NCBI GenBank assembly: GCA_964495565.1
Contig: CAZBWQ010000010.1
Location: forward strand, 3,037 to 67,036
Length of the DNA: 64,000 nucleotides
Origin: an uncultured Sandaracinaceae bacterium
Lineage (GTDB): Bacteria > Myxococcota_A > Polyangia > Polyangiales > Houyiibacteriaceae
Reading direction: 5' to 3'
Shown here: positions 56,461 to 64,000 of the stretch, piece after piece
Position numbering within the stretch: the first letter of the stretch is position 1
Layout of the letters: the number at the start of each line of letters is the position of its first letter
Position numbers and translations under genes: made by a program
Notes under the pieces: generated by a model
Database searches by the model: none
Told to the model about the DNA's origin: nothing
Seen by the model: only the letters and a program-made list of their open reading frames with translations

Positions 56461-57120
56461 TCAGGTCGCACCGCGCCGGTCGGGCCTCTCGAAGCGCTTT
56501 CGATCCGAGGGCCATGCCTTCTCTCGGCACACTGCCGACCAGTCGTCCCGCGAACGGTAATGGTCAAACCAATCCTCAAACGCCGCAGCTCGGTCGACAG
56601 CGTTCGAGCCGAGTGACAAGTACCAAGCGCTCGGCGTCCACAAGTCGGCAAGAAGCGGTTCATGGGGCTCGAGCCCCAAGTGTTGCCTGTGGGTCGACCA
56701 CGGGTACGAGATCGCGTCGCTCGAGATTCCTGCGAGCACTGGATTCAGCTCCACATACACCGTCGTGACAGCAGCCTGCTCGTCGTCCGTGATCGGAATG
56801 CTGTTGTAGCGCTGCTCGAACAGCTTGCCACTGGAGCTCCGGCTGCGATTTCGAAACTGCGCGTACTTCTGAGAGAACGATCCGACGAAGCGAGAAAGAG
56901 CGAGCTGATGCGTCGGGGTGGCTACGAGATGCACGTGGTTGGTCATCAAGGTGAGCACGTGAATGGGGACACGGTGCTTATCGCTGCTCGCGCGCAACTC
57001 TCGGAGGAAATAGCGTCGCTCACGGGGATAGGAGAAGAGCCGCCGACGATTGTTTCCGCGGAGTATGATGTGATGGGGGTGGTCGGGTAGGACCGACAGA
57101 CATCGCGCGACCCGGGGCAT
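56461..57120 (-). CDS. IS200/IS605-family Y1 (HUH) transposase, REP-associated (RayT-like)
   Basis: MPRVARCLSVLPDHPHHIILRGNNRRRLF..., HUH motif MTNHVHLV, catalytic-Tyr region YVELNPVLAGI. ATG 57120 preferred over 57171. Confidence 0.8.
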   Translation of the reverse strand: MPRVARCLSVLPDHPHHIILRGNNRRRLFSYPRERRYFLRELRASSDKHRVPIHVLTLMTNHVHLVATPTHQLALSRFVGSFSQKYAQFRNRSRSSSGKLFEQRYNSIPITDDEQAAVTTVYVELNPVLAGISSDAISYPWSTHRQHLGLEPHEPLLADLWTPSAWYLSLGSNAVDRAAAFEDWFDHYRSRDDWSAVCREKAWPSDRKRFERPDRRGAT

Positions 57121-57236
57121 GCCGAGCTTATCGTCAAGCGAGCGCCGGGGTTGCTTGATTTCGCCGAGCACTTAGGTGGCGGCGACGCCGGATTTTCGCG
57201 GTGTGAGTCCTAAGTATTTGGAATTGCGAATTTTTT

Positions 57237-57254
57237 GGAGGGAGAGCGTGTCCC
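57237..57254 (-). repeat. REP-like hairpin repeat (right, inverted)
   Basis: GGGA-gagcgtg-TCCC stem-loop. Ends 1 nt before the SDR stop codon (57255-57257). Confidence 0.55.
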
Positions 57255-58007
57255 TCAGGAGAGGGCGCCGCCGTCGGCGCGGATTTCGGTGCCGTTGATG
57301 TAGCGCGCGTCGTCGGACGCCAAGAACGCGATGACGCTGGCGGCGTGGCGAGGTTTCGCGAAGCCTACGAAGGGCATCGCGCCACGAAGCAGATCCATGT
57401 CCGCGCCCTCCGGGGCCTTGAAGTCCCCATGCAGCGCAGTCGCGATGCCTCCGGGCACCACGCAGTTCGCGCGCAACCCCTGCTTGACATACTCCTGGTA
57501 GAGCGAGCGGGTGAACGAGATGATGGCGCCCTTCGACGCAGCGTAGGCGCTCATCCAGGGGTGACTGCCGAGCGCCGAGGTCGACGAGCAGTTGACGATG
57601 GCGCTGTGGCGGTTCTTCAATAGATGCGGCAACGCCGCGTGGTTCACGTAAAACGTCCCATTCAGGTTGACGTCGATGATTCGATGCCACTCCTCGAAGC
57701 TCATCTCGTGCGTGTGGTAGGTACGCAAGATGCCCGCACAGTGGCACAGCGTGTCGAAGCCACCCATGTCGGAGGCCGCTTGATCGATGACCTGCTTCAC
57801 GCCCGCCCCATCGGTGACGTCGCACTCGTACGTCCAGACCTCGACGCCCTGCTCCTCGACCAGCTTCTTCGAGGCAGCGAGCCCCTGAGCATTCACGTCG
57901 ATCAACGCGACGTTTCCGCCCTCCTCTGCGATACGCAAGCCCGTGGCCTGGCCGATGCCGGCAGCCGCGCCCGTAATCACAACGTTCTTGCCTTCGAATC
58001 TCTTCAT
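57255..58007 (-). CDS. SDR family oxidoreductase
   Basis: VITGAAAGIGQA and YAASKGA (YxxxK). ATG 58007 preferred. Confidence 0.9.
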   Translation of the reverse strand: MKRFEGKNVVITGAAAGIGQATGLRIAEEGGNVALIDVNAQGLAASKKLVEEQGVEVWTYECDVTDGAGVKQVIDQAASDMGGFDTLCHCAGILRTYHTHEMSFEEWHRIIDVNLNGTFYVNHAALPHLLKNRHSAIVNCSSTSALGSHPWMSAYAASKGAIISFTRSLYQEYVKQGLRANCVVPGGIATALHGDFKAPEGADMDLLRGAMPFVGFAKPRHAASVIAFLASDDARYINGTEIRADGGALS

Positions 58008-58036
58008 CTTGCCTCTCTCACTCTTCCCCGTGGGTC

Positions 58037-59179
58037 TCAAAAACCGTGAAGCGCTGCCCATCGCTGGCGGTGCTGCGCGGGCGTGCCGAAAGTCATGTAG
58101 GTTGCTTGAGCACGTTTCAAATAGAAGCCAATGTCGTGCTCGTCCGTCACGCCGATTCCTCCGTGCATCTGAATGGCCTCTTTGGCAGCGAGCATGAAAG
58201 TCTCGGAGGCCATCGACTTGGCGAGGGATGCCAGCCTGGGCACGTCGTCCGGCCTGTCGTCCACGGCCCGCGCGGCGGCGAGCACCGCAGATCTCGTGAG
58301 CGCAATCTCCGTGAAGACCGAGACGGCTCGATGCTGGAGCGCCTGAAAGGATCCGATGGGCACGTCGAATTGCTCACGTTCTTTGAGATACGCGAGCGTG
58401 TCTGCAAAGGCCTGCTCGGACGCGCCGAGCATCTGCGCGGACACTCCCACGGCCGCTCGATCGAGGACGGCAGCCATCAGTGACGCGCCGTCGTCGAGTG
58501 ACCCTACGATGTCGCTGACGTCGACGGCGATGTCATCCAGCCGGACGATGGCGGCGTTCAGGCCATCCACGCGGTGCTGCCGCGTCACGGTGACGCCTTG
58601 CCGTTTCGGATCGACCACGAACAAGCTGAATCCGTGGTCGGAGGTGGCCGCAGCGACGATGAGCCGATCGGCCACGTGCGCATCGAGTACGTGGGCAATC
58701 TCGCCGCTGAGGCGATATTGATCTTGGTCGCGCTGCGCCGTCACCTGGGTGGATGGGCCGGGCGGCACTTGGCCTTGCGGATGGGCCAATCCGAGCACGA
58801 GATCTCCCGAGGCGACGCGCGGCAGCATCGACTTCTTTTGGGCGTCGCTGCCTCCGAGCAACAGCGCCTGCGTGCCCAGCAAGAGCGTCGAGACGAAGGG
58901 CTCGGGCATGAGCTCACGGCCGCTCTGCTCCAACACGACACAAAGGTCGAAGAAACCGAGACCCAGGCCTTCGTACTCTTCGGGGATCTGCAGACCCAGC
59001 CATCCGAGATCCGCCATTTCCTTCCAAAGAGACTCGGAAAAGCCCGCAGAATCTTTCGTGTCACGATACGTCCGAAGCCGCGCGACGGGCGCTCGTTCGC
59101 GAATGAGATCGAGCGCGGTCTTCGAAAGCATCTTTTGCTCGTCGTTGAGCAGAAGGTAGGGAGCCTCGTGCCCGCTCAT
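58037..59179 (-). CDS. acyl-CoA dehydrogenase family protein, catalytic-Glu-less (beta-type) subunit
   Basis: 380 aa. ATGA overlap with the upstream ACAD. The C-terminus reads ...IQMHGGIGVTDEHDIGFYLKRAQATYMTFGTPAQHRQR, with FGT where canonical ACADs have (Y)EGT. Confidence 0.8.
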   Translation of the reverse strand: MSGHEAPYLLLNDEQKMLSKTALDLIRERAPVARLRTYRDTKDSAGFSESLWKEMADLGWLGLQIPEEYEGLGLGFFDLCVVLEQSGRELMPEPFVSTLLLGTQALLLGGSDAQKKSMLPRVASGDLVLGLAHPQGQVPPGPSTQVTAQRDQDQYRLSGEIAHVLDAHVADRLIVAAATSDHGFSLFVVDPKRQGVTVTRQHRVDGLNAAIVRLDDIAVDVSDIVGSLDDGASLMAAVLDRAAVGVSAQMLGASEQAFADTLAYLKEREQFDVPIGSFQALQHRAVSVFTEIALTRSAVLAAARAVDDRPDDVPRLASLAKSMASETFMLAAKEAIQMHGGIGVTDEHDIGFYLKRAQATYMTFGTPAQHRQRWAALHGF

Positions 59180-60381
59180 TTCTTCCCCTCCGGCAATCCA
59201 AGCACGCGCTTCGAGACGATGTTCTTTTGAATCTCGGAGGAGCCTCCCTCGATGGTGCTGGCGCGCGAGCGCAGCCATTCGCGAGTGAAATCGAGATCCT
59301 CTCGATCGAATCCAGGCCCTTCCCAGCCGAGGCCCTGCAAGCCCGCCACTTTCATCCCGAGCTCGTAGCGCTGCTGCTTGAGCTCGCTGCCGACGATTTT
59401 GGTGATGGAGCCCGCCGGACCCGGCGTGCCCGATTCGGCGCCCTGTTGAATGCGCGCAAGCGTCAGATGAAAGGCTTCTTCGCGCATGCCGAGCGCGGCG
59501 ATTTCGTCTCGTGTCAGTGGATCTGCGATCGGCCCTCGTGGCACGCCCAGGTGCTTGCGCGCCCTGGCGACGACCTCGCGCTGTGCCGACCCAGGCTGCC
59601 GCGCGATGGACCGGCCGATCGACGAGCGCTCGTGGCCCAGAATCGCCTTGGCGATCGTCCAGCCCTCGTTTTCCTCTCCGATGAGATTGGCTGCTGGCAC
59701 ACGCACGTCGTCGAAAAAAGTCTCGCAGAAGGGTGAGTACCCGCTGATCAGGTCGATCCGGCGCACCGTGATGCCCGGGGTGCTCAGCTCGGCCATGATC
59801 ACCGAGATGCCCATCTGTTTCTTGGGCGCGTTTGGATCGGTGCGAACGAGGCAGTAGATCCAGTCGCTCAGGTGCGCGTGCGAAGTCCAAATCTTCTGCC
59901 CGTTGAGGACGTAGCAATCGCCGTCCCGGACGGCCCGCAACTGAAGGTTGGCGAGATCGGAGCCAGCATTCGGCTCGGAATACCCTTGGCACCAGCGCAC
60001 CTCACCGCGGGCGATGAGAGGTAGATGTCGAGCCTTTTGCTCCTCCGTCCCGTACTCGAGAAGAACCGGGCCGAACATCGCAAGGCCTTGCCCTGCGACC
60101 GGTCGCGGCACGCCGATCGCCTTCATCTCCTCGTGTATGATCTCCTCTTGCGCGCGCGTCAGACCCGCACCGCCGTATTCCGTCGGCCAGCTCGGTGCGG
60201 TCCAGCCCTTCTCGATGCCGAGGTCGCGCCAGCGAAGCAGGTCGGGATCGCGTTCCTCGCATCTCGACCCGCCCCAGTAACCCTCGAAGGGACCGCTCCC
60301 GCTCGTGCCCCAAAGGGATTTCGGCGCATGTTCCCTGATCCAGGCGCGCGCCTCTCGTCGGAATGTCTCCATGACGCCCAC
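59176..60381 (-). CDS. acyl-CoA dehydrogenase (alpha-type subunit, catalytic Glu present)
   Basis: QGYSEPNAGSD, WTSHAH, C-terminal STIEGGSSEIQKNIV. GTG 60381 or ATG 60372 start. Confidence 0.85.
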   Translation of the reverse strand: MGVMETFRREARAWIREHAPKSLWGTSGSGPFEGYWGGSRCEERDPDLLRWRDLGIEKGWTAPSWPTEYGGAGLTRAQEEIIHEEMKAIGVPRPVAGQGLAMFGPVLLEYGTEEQKARHLPLIARGEVRWCQGYSEPNAGSDLANLQLRAVRDGDCYVLNGQKIWTSHAHLSDWIYCLVRTDPNAPKKQMGISVIMAELSTPGITVRRIDLISGYSPFCETFFDDVRVPAANLIGEENEGWTIAKAILGHERSSIGRSIARQPGSAQREVVARARKHLGVPRGPIADPLTRDEIAALGMREEAFHLTLARIQQGAESGTPGPAGSITKIVGSELKQQRYELGMKVAGLQGLGWEGPGFDREDLDFTREWLRSRASTIEGGSSEIQKNIVSKRVLGLPEGKK

Positions 60382-60385
60382 GCGA

Positions 60386-61417
60386 CTACTCCGCAGCCGC
60401 GCCAGCCTTTTTCATGGTCAGCGCGACGTCCTCGATCATGTCTTCTTGACCGCCGACGGTCTTCAAGCGGCCGAGCTCGACCAAAATGTCGGTGGATTTG
60501 AGCCCGTATTTCTCCGCCGCGCGCTTCGCGTGCAACAAGAACGAAGAATACACGCCTGCATAGCCCAGGGTCAGCGAATCGCGGTCCGCCCGCACTTTGT
60601 GGGTCATCAGCGGGTAGACGATTTCCTCGGCCACGTCCATGAGCCTCCACATGTCGACTCCGGTTTCGACACCCATCCGATGAAGCACCGCCACGAACAC
60701 CTCCAGCGGCGTGTTGCCCGCCCCGGCGCCCATGCCCGCGACCGAGCCGTCGATGCGCGAGGCGCCCGCCTCCAGCGCCGCCAACGAGTTCGCGATTCCC
60801 ATGTGCAAGTTGTGGTGGCCGTGGAAGCCGACCTCGGTGTCCGCGTTCAGGCGTTCCCGAAAGAGCCCGACCCGCGCCGAAACGTCGTCTGGGAGCATGT
60901 AGCCGGCCGAGTCCGTGATGTACACGCAGTTGGCTCCATAGCCCTCCATCAGCTTGGCCTGTTCGAGCAGCGCTTCCGGCTGGATCATGTGTGCCATCAT
61001 CAAAAAGCCGACCGTGTCCATCTCCATCTTCCGGCCGAGCCCGATGTGCTGCTCGGACACGTCTGCTTCGGTGCAATGCGTGGCCACCCGAATGGTGTGC
61101 ACACCGCAGTCGTGCGCCATTCGAAGGTGGTCGACCGTGCCGATACCCGGTAGGAGCAAGGCCGAGATCTTCGCTTGCTTCATGCGAGGCACCACCGCGC
61201 GCAGATAGTCCTCGTCCGACGCGGCCGGGAAGCCGTAATTGACCGACGCGCCTCCGAGCCCATCACCATGGGTCACTTCGATGAGTGGAACGCCCGCTTC
61301 GTCGAGCGCCGTCGATACTTGGACCATTTGATCGGTCGTGAGCTGGTGACGCTGCGGGTGCATGCCGTCCCGCAGGCTCATGTCGTGCAACGTGACCTTC
61401 TTGCCGCGTAGATTCAT
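60386..61417 (-). CDS. 4-hydroxy-2-oxovalerate aldolase (DmpG/BphI/HsaF type)
   Basis: [50 protein letters not shown] overlap with the upstream gene. Confidence 0.93.
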   Translation of the reverse strand: MNLRGKKVTLHDMSLRDGMHPQRHQLTTDQMVQVSTALDEAGVPLIEVTHGDGLGGASVNYGFPAASDEDYLRAVVPRMKQAKISALLLPGIGTVDHLRMAHDCGVHTIRVATHCTEADVSEQHIGLGRKMEMDTVGFLMMAHMIQPEALLEQAKLMEGYGANCVYITDSAGYMLPDDVSARVGLFRERLNADTEVGFHGHHNLHMGIANSLAALEAGASRIDGSVAGMGAGAGNTPLEVFVAVLHRMGVETGVDMWRLMDVAEEIVYPLMTHKVRADRDSLTLGYAGVYSSFLLHAKRAAEKYGLKSTDILVELGRLKTVGGQEDMIEDVALTMKKAGAAAE

Positions 61418-62310
61418 GCTGCCTCCGCTCTCTGGATCTCCTCGGCGATGAGCTCGGCCGTTCGGAGCCCAGCCGCCGTCATGATGTCGAGATTGCCGGC
61501 GTACTTGGGAAGGAAATCTCCGAGCCCCTCCACCTCCATGAAGAACGAAACGCGATTTCCGTCGAACACGGGACCGTTCTTGAGCGTATAGCCGGGCACG
61601 TATTTCTGGACCTCGGAGATCATCTGCATGGCGGATTCGACGATCTCGTCTTCTTTCGGGGGATCGACGGTCAGACAATGAATCGTGTCCCGCATGATGA
61701 GCGGAGGCTCCGCCGGATTGATGATGATGATGGCTTTGCCGCGCTTGGCGCCACCGACGACCTCGACGCCGCGGGCCGTGGTGCGCGTGAACTCGTCGAT
61801 GTTTTTGCGCGTTCCCGGCCCTGCGGACTTCGAGGCGACCGTCGCGATGATCTCCCCGTACTCGACGGGCTGCACACGACTCACCGCCGCGACCATGGGA
61901 ATGGTGGCCTGCCCTCCGCACGTGACCATGTTCACGTTCTGCTCGTTTCGCCCCATCATTTCCTTCAGGTTCACCGGAGGCACACAGAACGGCCCGATCG
62001 CTGCCGGGGTCAAGTCGACCATCTTGACACCATGCTTCTTGACGATGTCGTTGTTGGACCGGTGCACGTAGGCGCTCGTCGCGTCCCAAGCGAGCTTGAC
62101 TTGGTCCTCCTCGATGTGAGGCTCGAGGCCGGCCACCCCGTCGTAGGTGACTTTGAGCCCGAGCTCTTTGGCTCGCCTCAGCCCCTCGGACTCCGGGTCG
62201 ATTCCAACCATCCAAACCGGCTCCACGATCTCGCTGCGGAGTGCCTTGTACAGCAAGTCCGTGCCGATGTTCCCCGATCCGATGATCGCCGCTTTCACTC
62301 TCGTCGTCAT
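61414..62310 (-). CDS. acetaldehyde dehydrogenase (acetylating) (DmpF/BphJ/HsaG type)
   Basis: [32 protein letters not shown]. Confidence 0.93.
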   Translation of the reverse strand: MTTRVKAAIIGSGNIGTDLLYKALRSEIVEPVWMVGIDPESEGLRRAKELGLKVTYDGVAGLEPHIEEDQVKLAWDATSAYVHRSNNDIVKKHGVKMVDLTPAAIGPFCVPPVNLKEMMGRNEQNVNMVTCGGQATIPMVAAVSRVQPVEYGEIIATVASKSAGPGTRKNIDEFTRTTARGVEVVGGAKRGKAIIIINPAEPPLIMRDTIHCLTVDPPKEDEIVESAMQMISEVQKYVPGYTLKNGPVFDGNRVSFFMEVEGLGDFLPKYAGNLDIMTAAGLRTAELIAEEIQRAEAA

Positions 62311-62322
62311 CTGCAGATTCTC

Positions 62323-63123
62323 CTAGGTGAAGCGCACCGAGGCCGTGCCGACCCCCTCCAATTCGAGTCGCATCTCGTCACCGGCAACCACGGGCTCCAG
62401 TGGAACGAGCGAGCCCGAAAGCACGATGTCGCCCGCCTTCAACGTGATCCCGAATTGCGAGAGCGTGTTCGCCAGCCAGCTGACGCAGTTCAATGGGGAC
62501 TCTAGCGCAGCGGAGCCCAGACCCTCGCTCAGAGGCTGCCCGTTCTTGAAGACGCGCATGCGCAGATTGGGAAAATCCAAGCCCGTGGGTGCCACGTGCT
62601 CGTCCCCAAGCACGAATAGACCACAGCTCGCGTTGTCGGCCACGGTGTCCTCGATCTTGATCTTCCAATCGCGAATGCGGCTGTCGACCACCTCGAAGCA
62701 GGGCATCACGTACTCGGTTGCATCGATCACGTCTTCGTTGGTGACGCCCGGACCGTTCAGCTCCTCGTGGAGCTTGAAGGCGATCTCCGCTTCGGCCCGG
62801 GGCTGAATCAACAGCTCGCTGATCGGCATCGGGCCTCCGTTCGGATAAAGCATCTTGTCGGTGAGATATCCGAAGTCCGGTTGAAACACGCCGAGCATCT
62901 CTTGAACCGCCCGACTGGTCACCCCGATCTTCTTGCCGATGATGCGTTCCCCATCGTCTTCGATGCGCCGTCGCACCATTCTGAGCGAGACGTGGTACGC
63001 GTCTTCGATCGTGATGTCCGGCCAGCGCTCGGTCAACGGCGCCAACGTTCGACGGGTACGCAGAGCATCGTAGAGCTCGTCCCCGAGCTCCTCGATCTTT
63101 TGTCTGCGCGTCACATCATCCAT
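62323..63123 (-). CDS. 2-keto-4-pentenoate hydratase (MhpD/BphH/HsaE type)
   Basis: 266 aa from ATG 63123 ([21 protein letters not shown]...[18 protein letters not shown]...EAEIAFKL). The upstream part of the 62323-63867 ORF is rejected. Confidence 0.88.
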   Translation of the reverse strand: MDDVTRRQKIEELGDELYDALRTRRTLAPLTERWPDITIEDAYHVSLRMVRRRIEDDGERIIGKKIGVTSRAVQEMLGVFQPDFGYLTDKMLYPNGGPMPISELLIQPRAEAEIAFKLHEELNGPGVTNEDVIDATEYVMPCFEVVDSRIRDWKIKIEDTVADNASCGLFVLGDEHVAPTGLDFPNLRMRVFKNGQPLSEGLGSAALESPLNCVSWLANTLSQFGITLKAGDIVLSGSLVPLEPVVAGDEMRLELEGVGTASVRFT

Positions 63124-63128
63124 GCCCG

Positions 63129-64000
63129 TCAGATGAAGAAATCCGTGTTCTGCTTCCCGAACATCAGCCCGCCCATGTTGGCCGCAGGCCCGTCTGGACC
63201 GTTCGCGTGGTGCAGACGAATCGCATGCACGTCTTGGAAGTGGCGATTGACCGGATGATCCTCGAAGGCTGCTCGCGCGCCACAAGCAACGAAGAGCTCC
63301 TCGACGACCTCCGTCGCCGCCTTGACCGCGCGCGCTGAATCGTTGCGGAACCGCACGCGGCGCTCGACCGGAATCTTTTCTCCGCGCTGCAGGTAGCCGA
63401 ACATCTCGGTGAAGTTGCGCCGCAAGGTGAGCACCTCCCGATCGAGAACGGCGGCGGCCTCCGCGGCCACCATGCTGTTGGAATGAGAGTCCTTGGCCTT
63501 CCCTCCCGTCGCCTGGGAGACCTTCGACCTCATGAAATCGACGTATGCGTCGAGCGCCCCGAACGCCGCCCCGACCGCCGGCGTCGAAACCGATCGAACG
63601 TGGATCTGTCCGAATGGATAGCGGTAGACCGGCGAGGGATTCACGTCGTTGCCGGGGCTGCTCTGCTTGAAGCCGTCCGAGAACTTGTGCATTCGATGGT
63701 GCGGAACGAGCTTGCCCTCGACCACCACGTCTTTGCTTCCCGAGCCTCGAAGGCCCGACACGTACCAATTGTCGATGATGTCGTAGTCCGAGCGCGGAAC
63801 CAGGAAGGTACGCATGTCCGGCGGCTGCCCCTCTTCGGTGGGCACGAAGCCACCGAGAAAGGCCCACTCGCAGAAGTCACAGCCACTCGAGAAAGACCAA
63901 CGCCCGCTCAGACGAACGCCATCGTCCACCCACTCCGTCTTGGCGACTGGCATGTAGGACGACGAGATCAAGGTCCGCGGGTCTTTCGCCCACACTTCGT
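63129..64000 (-). CDS. flavin-dependent monooxygenase, ACAD-fold oxygenase component (HsaA / HpaH-C2-like); 5' end outside the window
   Basis: RLSGRWSFSSGCDFCEWAFLGG...WYVSGLRGSGSKDVVV...FRNDSARAV... The reading frame is open to the window edge. Confidence 0.65.
   Translation of the reverse strand, partial: EVWAKDPRTLISSSYMPVAKTEWVDDGVRLSGRWSFSSGCDFCEWAFLGGFVPTEEGQPPDMRTFLVPRSDYDIIDNWYVSGLRGSGSKDVVVEGKLVPHHRMHKFSDGFKQSSPGNDVNPSPVYRYPFGQIHVRSVSTPAVGAAFGALDAYVDFMRSKVSQATGGKAKDSHSNSMVAAEAAAVLDREVLTLRRNFTEMFGYLQRGEKIPVERRVRFRNDSARAVKAATEVVEELFVACGARAAFEDHPVNRHFQDVHAIRLHHANGPDGPAANMGGLMFGKQNTDFFI

Larger units (their letters stand above)
56398..57254. mobile_element. REPtron-like unit: Y1 (IS200/RayT-type) transposase gene bracketed by inverted REP-like hairpin repeats
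   Basis: Left gggacacgcacccctccc (56398-56415) versus the reverse complement of the right ggagggagagcgtgtccc (57237-57254): 9/9 identical (GGGACACGC) plus a shared CCCTCC. The unit fills the whole gap between two convergent stop codons. Confidence 0.6.

Overview
Visibly GC-rich bacterial chromosomal segment (roughly two-thirds G+C by eye). It is densely packed, and many neighbouring genes share ATGA/GTGA/TGATG stop-start overlaps. The gene content (lipoproteins, a membrane Ser/Thr kinase, many TetR/ACAD/SDR genes, strong GC3 bias) fits a myxobacterium-like organism, but taxonomy cannot be proven from the sequence alone. I found no rRNA, tRNA or CRISPR array. Layout: (1) 0-4.7 kb housekeeping and accessory genes: cyt-b5/MAPR-like, amtB, ferredoxin, SCP2, TetR-menB, RRM protein. 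(2) 5.0-9.15 kb is the standout: a compact RiPP-like cluster. It encodes a 69-aa peptide with a perfect twin-arginine (RRHFLK) signal and a C-terminal core of five exact C-x-P-x-x pentads. Translationally coupled to it are a radical-SAM enzyme, a PqqD-like chaperone, an HprK-like kinase and a SAM methyltransferase, with a convergent PF14907-like nucleotidyltransferase. There is no lasso cyclase, peptidase or exporter. (3) 9.2-44.4 kb is mixed lipid/CoA metabolism and membrane functions: DUF35+thiolase, CNT transporter, a sulfotransferase/SDR operon headed by a pdxJ gene interrupted by an in-frame TAG, infA+DUF43, GMC oxidoreductase, acyltransferase, FATP-like ligase+thioesterase, carboxylesterase, ACAD, ALDH, ABC-2 exporter, Ser/Thr kinase, and a tandemly duplicated tetra-haem DHOR protein. 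(4) 44.4-56.4 kb is a branched-chain amino-acid super-operon (ilvB-ilvN-ilvC-leuA-leuCD-cimA-leuB-malic enzyme). It is preceded by a hidden Val/Ile/Leu-rich leader peptide with antiterminator and terminator helices. (5) 56.4-57.25 kb is an IS200/RayT-type Y1 transposase flanked by inverted REP-like hairpin repeats. (6) 57.3-64.0 kb is a minus-strand catabolic cluster: SDR, paired ACADs (one lacking the catalytic Glu), aldolase / acetaldehyde dehydrogenase / hydratase, and an HsaA-like flavin monooxygenase truncated by the window end. Many long ORFs in the six-frame track are antisense or out-of-frame artefacts of high GC and were not called.
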